A stretch of 64,000 nucleotides of DNA, taken from assembly GCA_964247055.1 (NCBI GenBank), contig OZ176053.1:10602001-10666000 (forward strand), given 5' to 3'. The position numbers were made by a program, and so were the translations under genes. Shown here one piece after another: positions 51,120 to 63,922 of the stretch. Source of the DNA: Paragordius varius (lineage: Eukaryota > Animalia > Nematomorpha). The notes under the pieces were generated by a model. The model saw only the letters and a list, made by a program, of their open reading frames with translations. It did no database searches and was not told the origin of the DNA. Positions within the stretch are counted from its first letter, which is position 1; each line of letters opens with the position of its first letter.

Positions 51120-54100
51120 ATGCAGACAAGCAAATTAAAAAATTATATTTGCAATTGTTTTTTTACGCAAAACTTTTTCGTTAAATCATTGGGACAACAT
51201 ATAACGTATCATAATGACCAACAATTTTTGCAAGATTACAGCGAAGTAGTTTATTATTATATGTTTAGACATTAAAATCCAAAGGCCTCGCTGATAAAAC
51301 TAATGACATATTAAACGAAGTTTATTTTTAACTAATTTAGATTCACATTGAGTTAGATCGCAGGAAGCGATTTGGACCAGAGTTTTTGGAGAGAAGAATG
51401 TTGATCCGGGAAAACTATAAAAAATTGCACCCCGATATTTTTGTTTTGCAGGTTTATTTAATAATCCATTTTAGGCAAAACATTTTGATCCAACATTTTT
51501 AGACATTATTGAAAAATGTCGGCATAAAGATGTAAAAAAGGAGGAAATTTTGTCAATGATTGAAATTCATAAACCCATTGAATGTACAATTTTTTCTTAT
51601 ATAGATCGTTTATATAACTTTCCAATATTTACTCAAGAATTTTGTGAAAAGTTAGTTCAGGAAATAGAAAATTTTGAAAAATGCGACAACGTACCCAAAA
51701 TAAGGCCTAATACAATGAACCGATACGGGGTATAATTTGTAGAGAACATTATTATTGGTGGTAAAAACACGATCTATGTAGAAATTAATTTATATTAATT
51801 CCAATAAAATATCTCTTTTGGATGATTTGTTATTTGGTTAAAATGATGTTAGAACCTTAACCAAAAATATCATGGTCTAAAACTATGTAATAAACAAATT
51901 TGGGTTCTGTTATAATATATAGGAAAAAGTGTGTATTTTTGAAGCATAAGCAATTATTAATTATATCATGTCCTCTATTTTTTAAAATTATGTTTTTACG
52001 TTTTTCGAGTATTGAAACTTTCATTTCCCATCAAAGCCAATATATTATATAGATTATTTTCAAATTAATTTTTTATTTTAATAATTTAATTCGAGTTCGA
52101 TTTGCAAAAAATAAAAAAAATTACAGTATATGTTTATTCATCGTATATGGATTGCGCAGTTTTTTTTATTAGCTGCGAGAATAACCGGTCTGATTGCATT
52201 AAATAATCATTAGTGATAAGCAAAAATCATCCACAAATATAAAAAAAGTAAACTTTCAAATGGATAATGAAATTTAATTTACTTATAAAAAATGAAAATT
52301 AAAAATGCATCTAATTTTTGTTTGATTATCCTTATTGATATTAATCAATAGTTACGGTCATATTTGTCTATAACCAATTAGACCCAATTCTACTTCAAAA
52401 AATGTACTAAACTATTTCCGTTTTAGGTGTCGTTGGCCGAACTTGGGTTTGAAGAAGAATTTTTACTTCCTTTAAGAGTTCAATATATGAGACCTTTGTG
52501 CGCTATTTTGTTCCCTGACTGGGGAGGGAATTCTCTGGATTCTGATAAAGTAATTAAATAATTTACATATTATAACTATGGTTTTTAAATGTAGCAATGT
52601 TTGGTTTAATAAACAGATTATTTAATAGCTCAATATTGTCAAATAAATATTATATAGACCAGGGGTGTCCAACACGCATTTTCCCCGAAAATTTCAATCA
52701 AAAATTTACCATTATTTAGAAAATGTATAATCCAAAATTGGACTTAAAATAAATAAAAACAAAAAATCATGAAAGCGGCCGCGAATATAATTGTGTTGGA
52801 CACCCCTGGTATAGACAGTTTTAAACAGTACTTTACATGTAAGAATTCTTGTTTATTTTAAAAATGAGTCCATTTTTTACTTTAATTTTCTTGATAATTT
52901 TACTTCTATAAACATCTTTATGTCGTATTATAAATATACTTTTGCTTATTTGCTTCAAACATTTTATTGTCATATTGATGATTGTTATAGGCGTTTATGT
53001 AACTTTTCGTCAGTAATTGAGCAACGTTGAAAATCTATTTTTCACCCTTACGCCATACCACACAACGTTTAAAACATGTTTTTTCTCAATATTTTTCATC
53101 TTATTTTCTGATGATTAAAATATATTTTATATCTCTAATTTTATTGTAAAAATTTACTCATTTCACTGCAATAATCTTTTCACTCAATTGAAGTTCCAAT
53201 AAAAATATTATATCATAGCTGGGATCATTTAACTTGAGTTGTTTATCTTTTATCTATCCTTGTTTTCTTGTTGTGTTTGTGACGTAATAGGATGTCAAAT
53301 TAATAGAGCGAGATGATATATTTGTGAGTTAAACAGTTTCCTTAAAATGTTTGCTTTAATACTGAAATAATTTAAAAATATAACAATTTATTATTATATA
53401 GAAATTAATTTTTGATAACTGTACATAGGGGTTTATTGTTAAGTATATGATCAATGAAGATACCGAATTGAATTACCATTATGATAATTCTGAAGTTACT
53501 TTGAACGTTTGTCTTAACAAAGATTTTGAAGGGGGAGATCTTTACTTTGGAGAAATGCGTGGCGAGCAAAAAACTGAGGAATTTGCTGAGTATTTTTACA
53601 TTTACGTTCATTAATTTCTATTATAATACGAAATTTTATAGGTTTATAATATCATTTTTTTAGTTATATTACTAATTAACAATTTTAACAACGTTAATTA
53701 TTTTACATAATTTTGCCTAAACACACAGAATTCCTCAACGACCATATCTAGGTTTACTTCATCGAGGACAGCAAAGACATGGAGCCCTGCCAATCACAAA
53801 AGGGAAAAGGTGATATTATCCGATTTTTATTGCGTAAAAAATATGAAACTCGCGTAAGAATACTGAGGCGACCCTTCTTTCTATATTATATTAAATTTTA
53901 CAAATAAGTAATGTCACACCTTTTATTATTCCATACCACCTACCATAAAATATTATTTTTGAAACCGTTTTTTTTATCGTTGGAAACATTGATAACATTA
54001 ATTTGTTTACTAAATTACGGTTACATTAATTGTGCTTTATTCTATTTAGGTATAACATGATAGTTTGGATGCGTAGTTCAGCCATTCGTAACAAAATGTG

Positions 54101-54203
54101 CCCAATGTGTGGAAGTGATAAACCCCAATTAGTTTGCGCCGAAGGGTATGGGGATGGTTTTACCTCGGATGTCATACCACCTACCATTGATGATTTGGCC
54201 TAA
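51120..54203 (+). CDS. OGFOD2: 2-oxoglutarate/Fe(II)-dependent oxygenase domain-containing protein 2, 9 exons; introns 1-4 are 23, 21, 23 and 21 nt
   Basis: Exons 51120-51245, 51269-51319, 51341-51451, 51475-51583, 51605-51729, 52427-52549, 53429-53589, 53729-53809, 54050-54203. They give YICNCFFTQN, RPNTMNRYGV, GFIVKY, HYDNSEVTLNVCL..FEGGDLYF, LLHRGQQRHGALPI..GKRYNMIVWMRSSAIRNKMCPMC and EGYGDGFT; the HxD...H triad is intact. Confidence 0.95.
52660..52808. mobile_element. hAT (Charlie-type) MITE, 149 bp, in OGFOD2 intron 6
   Basis: Perfect 16-bp TIR caggggtgtccaacac / gtgttggacacccctg; 8-bp flanks atatagac / gtatagac. Confidence 0.9.
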
Positions 54204-55490
54204 AATTATACCAAATTTAAATTTATTTAAATTGTTTTACACCAAAAATGACAAATATGCAAATTTATATTTTAGTTTTTTTACTAATTTATTTGATTAT
54301 TTTGATGTTTTTAACTTATTTTATATATTTTAATGTAGGATATTATTTCATATAGTACTCAGTGCAATCAATCGAATAATCATATTTAAAAATTTACTAT
54401 AATAAATAAATGTTTATAATTATTAAAATGTTTAGTAAGTTTTTGTGTCCAGATTATTAAACATCTCTCGTATACTGAAACATTTTACAATTAAAAGTTG
54501 TATCTAATGAAATTTATAAAAAACGCGGCTCTTTAACAAACAAACTTAATACTAATATTTTAAATTTAGAAGTTTACTAATTTTTAAATGTAATAAGCAT
54601 TGTCGAATTTTTTTTTAAAAAATTATATATTTTTATCATTCTACTTAGGTATACAACTCACAAATTTTTAAAAGATATGACCGCAAATTAATCTAATATT
54701 TTTAAAGGACTAATTGCATTTTTGAGCTTTTAAAAATACCGAGCTTATTGGACCATAATGTAATTTTTTTAAAAGCTCTACATTCAAAAAGATAGTTATA
54801 AATTTTCTTTTTGGCATGCTTAGTAACGTGACCCCCATTTCAATGCTTAACACTTCATCACTTTCGGTATAGCTTTATCCAGGGCCATTTAAATAATATC
54901 TAAAAAATATTTTTTGAATTAGATTAAATTTAAAAATGTGCTTTCTTTAGCCTTTTATTAGGTACATAATCATTTTTTTAAAAAAATGTAAAATTAAAAA
55001 AAAAAATCATTACAACTCGCATGTAACTGTAAATTATAATTGAAAAATATTAATAAATAACTGTTGAAAGATTACAATGCAAATTACCAGCTTTTGATAT
55101 TAATCAATATTACTATAAACTGTTGGTTTTATTTATGTTTTGGAGCTATCTGAATTCGATCTAGAAGTCAAAAAACTGTAAGCATTTTATATTTTATAAT
55201 ACAAGAGAATATGGTTAGATAATTAAATTTTAACCAAAACAACTTTGAAAATAATAATTTGTTAACTACTTTAAGCTCTGACGTCATAAACTACCCCAAA
55301 ATATCATCGGAGAAACATGATAATGTAATGAAGTTTTAAAGTTAAATTTTATAAAAAGTACCAAAATACCAATTATATTTGATCAAGTCTTTATCATCAA
55401 AATTCATCCATTTTATAAGCGCATCGATTTTATGTTTTGATCTTAAAAATTTTAAAATTACATATATAGCGCCGAATCGACTTTCTAATC

Positions 55491-55758
55491 CAGGGTCTCA
55501 AACAATAAATGATTTTGCGAGCCGCATTCGAAATATATATGGACATTCATAAACATTTTATTAGATTTTAATCATAAGACTGTAAAATGCTAACACATAA
55601 TATTTTTTTCTATATCGTTGCCAATTGAATAGACTTATTTAGAAAAATTGTTTAAGAAATATCAATTTTACTAAGATTTTATGAGCATATTTTTATTATG
55701 CATTTCCATTCAAGAGCGTCCCAAAAAGCTTCGGAGTGCAACATGTTGGACAACCCTG
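55491..55758. mobile_element. Degenerate hAT-type MITE
   Basis: Ends cagggtctcaaac / gttggacaaccctg; internal gcgagccgca. TSD not recognisable. Confidence 0.45.
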
Positions 55759-57384
55759 ATATCCAAGCTATAACAACAATCACAACAAGGATTGAGATCA
55801 AATATTATACGTGATCTTATTTTATTAGAATATATATGTATTTATATATATGTAAATTATCCGCAACGGTAAAAAAATATATTGGGCCGAAGTTTGTATA
55901 CCGCTGCTTTTCCTGCATAAATTAACAAACACCTCAATACAACGCCCCAAAACATAAACTACTTATTCCCATTTGATTAATTTTTTATTTTTAAAGAGAA
56001 TTTCCCAAAATTGAGTTGTAAAAAATTTTATAACTCAAATTTATGAATAATTAATAATTAATTAAATAACTTAAACAATAATCTTTATTTCTGTCTGATA
56101 AAGAAAAAACGATCCCTTAAGGGAATAGCGTTTCATATAATTTATATTTGTTGTTTTATATTTGTGTTTTTGCCTTTTTCGTTTTCAAAATGATTCTGAT
56201 TACTAAGCATGATAAAACACTTTCCTTATATGGTGTAAATGGGCTTTATTTTTTATTAATCTTTGAAGATGATGGATTAACAAATTATATTACTTACACA
56301 ATTATTAAACATTTTAAACACCAAAAAATAAAAGCCTAAAATTATAAATTATGGGTTTTGCTGGTGTCTCTTTGCAATTTGATTTTATCAGCGATTATGT
56401 ATTTCTTAGTTCCCATATATTATAAGTAATAATCTTTTGTTGATGTGATTGACCTCTTCAAATATAAATTTATAATAAAATGTTTTCGTTTTTCTAAAAC
56501 TTAATAAACAATTGAAAATAAAATAATGTCAATATATATTTGTAAAAATGTATCAGTGTATTATAATTAAATTCGAAAAAACGCTGAGTGTTAAAAAATA
56601 TATCCCAATATATCCAAAATATATATATTATAAATAAATATTCCCTAATCGCTTATTTATCATATAATATTGTATATTAATTTAATTCAATTTAAACTTA
56701 ATTAAAATTTATGGTTTGCATTATCAAAATGAAATTAAATTAATTTTTTTGCAAATAATAAAAACGAAACGATGAATTTTGAAATTCGATGTTAAATGAA
56801 TTGGCCAGTTTATGTGCATGGAAAAAGCCAAGGTTACCACACTATACAATTCATAAAGACGTATTCTAAGGTTTAATTAACTCACATATGAAGATGAATA
56901 TATCGATGAATGCGAACTAGCTATATTTTCAATCTATAACATCTAATTGTTATGGCTACTTCATAAATATTTAATGTGTGAATTATTTAATATTGCTATG
57001 CATGCAAAATATATTTTCAATTATAACGCGTGTGCCTCAATTATTATTATTATCGGTCTCCTTCTCTTCAAAATTTAAAGAAAATTATTGATAATAGTAT
57101 TTGGATCCCTATTCAATATATATATATATATATATGTAATATGGATATATGTAATAGGGATACACATATATTTAATATTCTGTATGTATGAAAAATCAAT
57201 AAAACAGTTATAACTGTCTTTTTAATGTGAGTGATGACCATTTGACATAAAACTACCTACTTTACAAGCTTTCTTACTTTAATTTTACCATATCATTATG
57301 TCTTCTTTTTGGCTTAATATTATATTTAACTTGCCTTATTAATCCAGTCAAACATATATCATATTTAAATACCCTTGTAACCAA

Positions 57385-58521
57385 ATGTCAAATCCTATTT
57401 GGATTTTTACTTGTTTTTACCTTACAATAATTATTATATGGAAAAAATTGGTGGTTGGACAAGAAGTTTTTTCTTACCACACATGCGTGCAAAGCTGGTC
57501 TAAAAAGTTCCCCGCTTGTGTCGATAGGCCTAAACTCGTGTATCCCTTCAATCGGACTCACATTGGTTGGAATGTAAGTCAACCCCTATACTATAGCCTA
57601 CAATCCCCAATAGACATTCGAACATCCGATGTAATCAAAGACACTGACGTAGCAAGAGAACACACTCTTTACCTGAGAAATTATGAGTTATCTGGACCAA
57701 ACACTGGACATCAATGGATAATTGAAAAAAGTACTACTACATTCTTCCTTAAAGTAGAAGGTATACTGCCATTCATAGAAATCCCGGAACCATATGAATT
57801 TATACAGGCTCATTTTCATTGGGGTCCGGGGGGTGGAACTCTCGTAGGATCAGAACATTCGATCGATGGCAAATTTTTCGCAGCCGAACTTCATCTTGTC
57901 CATAGGAGTCGACTCAAAGCCAATAAATTTGCTATTATTGCTGTGTTATTGGAGGTTTTAAAAACCGGTGGAAAAGGTAATATACACGCAAACGAACATA
58001 TTGGACTTAAGTATATAACAGATGCCTTATTAGCCGAACAAATCATGGGAATCAACCAATCACTTTACCTTAAAACGGGAGGAAATCCGATTATCCCAAT
58101 AAATGGAATTGGTGACAAAAAAACTAATCTTAATAATAATTCTAGTACAAATCAATTCACATTAAAGTCTCTATTACCACATGATTGGCAAACCTTTTAC
58201 CGTTATAGCGGTTCGTTAACGACTCCACCATGTATTCAAGAACAAACGTGGTTTGTTATTAAAGAACCTGTGTATATATCACAACATCAATTGGATATTA
58301 TAAATAATGTTAGACAATGTAACTCACAAACTAGACAATGTATGGCAAAAGCTTATGTGGGACCCAATAGGAGACCAACCCAATCTTTGAATGGGAGGCC
58401 GGTTTTTTTTGTTACTAGTACTAATCATGGAAACTTATTAAAACCTTTCTTAGCGGCTTATATTGTGATTCAACTAAAATTTTATTTTCTTTATATACTT
58501 TCTTCCATTTTATATGTGTAA
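57385..58521 (+). CDS. Alpha-carbonic anhydrase, secreted/membrane-anchored type, intronless, 378 aa
   Basis: Single ORF with a hydrophobic N-terminus; QSPIDI, NTGHQ, QAHFHWG (two Zn His), GSEHS, ELHLVH (third Zn His), YRYSGSLTTPPC, NRRPTQ; hydrophobic C-terminal tail. Confidence 0.95.
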   Translation: MSNPIWIFTCFYLTIIIIWKKLVVGQEVFSYHTCVQSWSKKFPACVDRPKLVYPFNRTHIGWNVSQPLYYSLQSPIDIRTSDVIKDTDVAREHTLYLRNYELSGPNTGHQWIIEKSTTTFFLKVEGILPFIEIPEPYEFIQAHFHWGPGGGTLVGSEHSIDGKFFAAELHLVHRSRLKANKFAIIAVLLEVLKTGGKGNIHANEHIGLKYITDALLAEQIMGINQSLYLKTGGNPIIPINGIGDKKTNLNNNSSTNQFTLKSLLPHDWQTFYRYSGSLTTPPCIQEQTWFVIKEPVYISQHQLDIINNVRQCNSQTRQCMAKAYVGPNRRPTQSLNGRPVFFVTSTNHGNLLKPFLAAYIVIQLKFYFLYILSSILYV

Positions 58522-59393
58522 ATTGAAATATTATTATATAATTTATGTAAAACTGAAATTAGTTGCTGCTTGAGTACCATACGAATTATATAGCGTTCAC
58601 AATTTTACAATGATCAAATAAATATATTTAATTTTATACAATATCTATTTTAATTTTAAATTATTTCTTCCATTATGACCATGAGTCTCTTGGACATAGC
58701 ATAATTGGCATTATTACTTTTTTTGAAAAACGCGCAAAATTTAATAATGACAATTTATTTCATTATTTTTTTGTCGTTCTTTACTGGGCGCTTGATTCCT
58801 AAAAATATAATATAAAAATAACCTTTAAAATTAAATTATTTTCAACCAAACCTTACCTAGAGGACACTGAAATCATTAGTCATAACCTGGAGATATGCAA
58901 AATACATCCTACGTTAATTTACTATGATTGGTATATTGATCTTTATGGATACTATGATATATTCAATGATGATTAGATGTATAAACGAGAAAATATTTAA
59001 AATTATGTACGAAAAGCAATATAAAATAATCGCATATTTAATATTCATTTATTTGTGAATACAAATTTTTAAGTCTATTCATTGATTAGCTTAAAAATAT
59101 ATTTTGTATAAGCACTCTATGTTTCTAATATAAACCATCGATACAGAATTTTAGATGCACGAAAGTTTTAAACTTTCTTCGAATCGTACATTTATACATG
59201 ATCAATAGTTTTATATTTATAATGATTATTTACAGTTCATTTTAATGGTTGCGCATTTCACACAGTTGGGCAATTTGCAACACAGAAAACAAAAAACAAC
59301 AAAATGTTTAATTATCAATTTTTTTCCTTTCTTTTTCCATACACTACTGTGTTGTTAATTGCCCAACTACAGTGTGAACTAAGCTCCCATTAA

Positions 59394-59974
59394 CACTTGG
59401 ATACAACACACTCATTTTAGTCCTTCGATTCAAATTGGGGTAGTTGGATACCCCAGGCCTGTTTAAAATTAAATTCTTTAAAAAATATAAAAGGAATCGA
59501 AACCATGGCAAAATTTTGCACTTATCTAACATTAAAAAACCGAAATATAAAAAAAAATTTATTCAAAAATACTTGATATTACTTATTTTAAGCTAAAACC
59601 GAAAGATAAAAATTTCGTCAACGTGACATGTGTCAAATTGTAAAATTGAAAAATTATACAAACTAAACCGCTTTTCTATTTCTATCAATGTTAGATATAA
59701 ATTATAGAAAAAATTAGCTTTAATTTTACCCTTAAAATTAAATAAAGACGATATTTTGCAAAAATTTTGTAAAATCAAAATGGCGTCGAAGTAGTTTGAG
59801 ATGGACCTTTTTTTTCAAAACAAAATTTTATTAAGATGTTTTAGCATATTTATATAATATTTATCAGGATAGAAGCATAAATTTAAATTGGGACCGTTTC
59901 CTTCAGTAGTTTTTTAAAAATAATAATTTAAATTTAGTCTGGGGTATTTAGATACCCCAATTTGAATCGAAGTG
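59394..59974 (+). mobile_element. piggyBac-type MITE, copy F (best preserved)
   Basis: TTAA at 59390-93 and 59975-78. Left end CACTT + ~25-bp spacer + cttcgattcaaattggggta; right end is the reverse complement of CACTTcgattcaaattggggta with no spacer. Confidence 0.88.
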
Positions 59975-60316
59975 TTAAAATGCATACTGTATTTCAGAAA
60001 CTGATAAAAAATGAAAAATGCGGTAGATTTTTTTTTTAATCTAGTTTTAACACAGATTTTTACAAGAATATTAGATATTGGAAAATAGTAATTGGGACAA
60101 GTTATTAAACTAAGTCTAAAATTGAATCAATGTATAAAACTAAATTTCAACTCAATTCCCCTTGTTATAAACCTTTGTAATATTATGTTTTAAACATAAA
60201 TACATAGGAAAAATATATTATTTTATCGATGACAATTACAAATAATAAAAATATTATGAGAAAAACTTTAACTATTTAAGCAGACCGTTTTGGGATTCTT
60301 TAATCATCAGTATATA

Positions 60317-60449
60317 CAGTAGCGTATGCCATACAAAATTATTAGTCCATAATTCTAGATATGTCTATACAAATTAGGGTTGTTTTTTTTAAAAAAAGCA
60401 TTTTTTTATATTTTTATTAACTAATAATGTTTTATGCCATACGCTACTG
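60317..60449. mobile_element. Tc1/mariner-type MITE, 133 bp
   Basis: Perfect 12-bp TIR CAGTAGCGTATG / CATACGCTACTG with TA on both flanks. Confidence 0.8.
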
Positions 60450-62488
60450 TAAAGATTAGATGATATTTTTGCTGATATATTTAATTTTTATATAAAAAGT
60501 TAATATAAGAGAAAGTCTCATATATCATTAGTAGATTACCGTTACATGTAATTAAATAATGCAATTTTTATATTTAACATTATGCCAAATACCTTGATGT
60601 CGCATAGGTCATAAAAATATAAAGTAATAAATGTTAATGTTTTTAAACACCAATTTGTAATATTATTACAGGCAATTAAAATTCCTTTTGTTAATAAACA
60701 TATTAACACTAATTTGATCTTCCTGACTGCAATTAACTTTAAATTCTGTCTAACCTTGATACATTTTATGGAAATAAAAAAAATTAGTCTGAATATATTT
60801 TCCATTTCGCTTTTGAAATTATGTTAAATACATCAGTGATAGAATATGGAGAAGAGATATTTAAATTTGGTCACATAAGGTGTCAAATTATATGGGGTTT
60901 TCTAGTCTTAAAGATGAAATATGTATAATAAACAATAAAATGCTTTTCTCACAACATATTCAATGTCCAATTTTATCTTCCGTTACCTGTTTTCATAAAC
61001 TCTACAACGCATAATTTATTAATTTGAAAAGTTCACATCTATCATGGGAAACCCTGGCATAAATCCGTTTTTACCATAAAATAAATTCTGTATAGTGTTA
61101 TTAAGTATAAAATAAAACCGGAATTGTTTTTCTGGGACTGAAATCCGATTAATGAGCCTGAAAAGCGATATTAGCAAAATTTACTTTTTGCATTTTTAAG
61201 ATTTTCTATATTTTTATACAACGTTAAACCTCTATGTTTATTTAAATGAATCATTGAAGGCATGAGATATTTTCCGAATTAATAATGAATTTTCGGGGCT
61301 ATATTTGAAAATTTATCAAAAATTTAGGATATATTACAATCTATTTTTCGCAATAAATTTTTTGAATCGGAAAATTTTGTCTTCCGAAACTAATTTTTCC
61401 TAAATAGCGGAATTATAAACGGTTAATTTCATCCTGCTAAATAAATTAAGTCCGCACCAGGAAAAACTATTTGGAGCCAAATAAATTATAGAAAAATAAG
61501 GCGGAACCGTCAAATCTTTTAGAATATTAATTTTATCCATTTATTATACAATATAAGTTGTTTTTCAATATTATTCCACTTTTTCGGACCATGGAGGTAT
61601 ATTATTTTTAGTTTATCCACATTTTAAGGCTGATGAAAATAAGCAATATAACATTAAAACCGATATCCAAACCATTTTTGGCAAAAATATATTTATGTTT
61701 CAATTGATCAAAAAAAATGTTTTTTTTCAATTGATGATTCCAGTTCATTAGGGTATACTTTATATTTTTGTAGCATATTTCAAATTTTTGTACTTTATGC
61801 ATATGTATGTAATATTTTTCCGATTGTAACAAATTAATTAGGTTATCCGTAATTTTAAAAAAATTAAACCAAAATGAGATAAAAAAACAAAAATATTTAT
61901 TTAAAATCGGTTACTATGATGTCCTAAACTGTCTTCCTCAAAAATATTAGGCGAAATCGAAACTATGAAAAGGAAATCTAAACCAGAAACTGTTGTTTCA
62001 ATCCTAGGTAAAAAAAAATCACTTGGGAAAAATAGTAGATGTTGGGCGAAATGCGTGAAAATTTTATTGTATTAAAACAAAACCATTGTAGGGTTGCTAT
62101 TAGTTAATAATTTATCGATTATATATGCAAAAATCCATCCATTTCACGCAAAATGATGTGATAAATCTTCTAATATGCTTTATACCCATGCTAAAATTTG
62201 CAGTTTTTATCATTTTTCAAATGCAATAACAGTTATCCGATACGTAATTAATTTTTTTTGGGAATTAATAATTTATTATATATCACATACATATTGCATA
62301 ATAGTTTGCATAATTGACTAGTAAATAGTATAATCACAATAGTTGCAGAATGTAATTTTAAATGTAAATATAATTGTGATCACATGTTGTCAATCGGTTT
62401 TAGCTAAATTTGAAAAATATCGTAAAAATTTTGGAGTATTTATTGATGATTACTTAAAAAAGTGAATTGTAAGCAGTAATTGGATAGA

Positions 62489-63686
62489 TTAAAACATGCC
62501 ATTAAGTTGGGTAAGAGATTCGCCATAAAAATCTGGGATCCATTCAACTCTATTCTCAAGGTTTTCTTGTTGTCGACCTGTGCATTTATCACAAATGGTT
62601 TTTTCAGTATTGGCATTTGTTGTGGATGATTTATCATTAACATTAAGGACTGCAGCGGTACAATCCGGATGATTTTGACAACGGACAAAAGGATTCGCAC
62701 CACAATTCACAAGCAATTCCATTTTATCGGCATAAGCTTTTGCCTGACCCTGTACTTTCTCAAGTTCCTGGGGTGAAGTTACGCCCGAAAGTACGAGGAA
62801 GGACGTCATACCATTACGATTAGCCCCAAGTATGTCGGTATTTAACCTTAATATGTTATAATATTATATTATATGTGCAAAATTATTCATTTTCCGGTAA
62901 ATTACTTGTCTGTAAATACATAACTAAAAAATTGTTTAAAGCTAAAAGTTTTATAATTTAAATATGGGTTCAATTAATGACCGGTCAAAAAAATTAAACG
63001 ACTTTACACCTCATTCATTGGTCATAACCAGTTATCTATCAAAATATGTATTTAAATACAATATATCATCAAAGTATAATTGATATATCGACAAGTAATA
63101 AAAATAACATAATTTTTGGGTTACACCATTTTTTCTCATAAATTTACAGTGTAAAATTTATATTGTATGGACCAAACGTAAGTACATAAGACAAATATTT
63201 TTTCAATACCCGTACTTTTTTAACTTAACTTTTGATATAACTTCATTTTTAAAATTGCAAAAATAGGGTAGATTAGTAACAATATATTTTACGATAAGAT
63301 TTTTAAAAAAGTATGGTGTAGAAAAAATATTTGTCGTTACCCGTTTAAAGGTTTTATTTGTATAAGTTTAATTTTTCTGTTGTTATACCATTAAAATAAC
63401 TTTGCATACATTTTATCATATAACCCAAAAAAATGGCTAGTTATATTAAACAATCACACGACATAAATACATCGATAACCAATCTGACTGAGTTTTATAA
63501 AGAAAATTATAAATTTGGTAATCAAAAAATTTTAATAAACTAACCGATCACCAAAAAAGATTGTACGTTTCAGATCAAGTTTATGCTCCTCAATCATACA
63601 ACGAAAAATGGGATCATGAGGTTTTCCCGCTATCCAAGGCTGCCGCCCTGCACCTTTTACAACACTTTCCACAATGCAACCCGTAC
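62489..63686 (-). CDS. PGP: HAD class IIA phosphatase (phosphoglycolate/pyridoxal phosphatase family), last two exons (63686-63545, 62846-62489); 5' part not found within the window
   Basis: GTGCIVESV..GAGRQPWIAGKP...TIFFGDR|LNTDILGANRNGMTSFLVLSGVT...IPDFYGESL, containing HAD motifs III (GKP) and IV (GDRLNTD). PGP versus PDXP orthology is not certain. Confidence 0.88.
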
Positions 63687-63922
63687 CTTTTATAACACAA
63701 AAAAATTATTTTATAAAAAAAATATTTTTGGCATATTGTTACATTTGGACACCTATATTTCTTGAATAATAATTGACAACAAATACAATGAAAAAGTTAT
63801 GAAAAAAAGAAAAATCCATTTAAAACATATAATAAAATTAAAGTTTATGTAATTTTTAAAGATTATAAATATGCTTTTTTAAGAAAATAATGGGATTGTT
63901 GAAAATTAAAAATAGAGCATTT

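Noticed and set aside
52991-52998. 8-nt AG-GCGTTTAT-GT segment resembling a micro-exon (AF-I) in OGFOD2 intron 6
   Set aside because: It duplicates the start of exon 7 (GGGTTTAT), but no acceptor exists to rejoin at the right position and inclusion would shift the frame. Likely chance.
3203-61832. Most remaining 60-90 aa ORFs rich in F/I/K/L/N/Y
   Set aside because: Composition reflects AT-rich introns, intergenic DNA and MITEs; no motifs or splice-consistent context.
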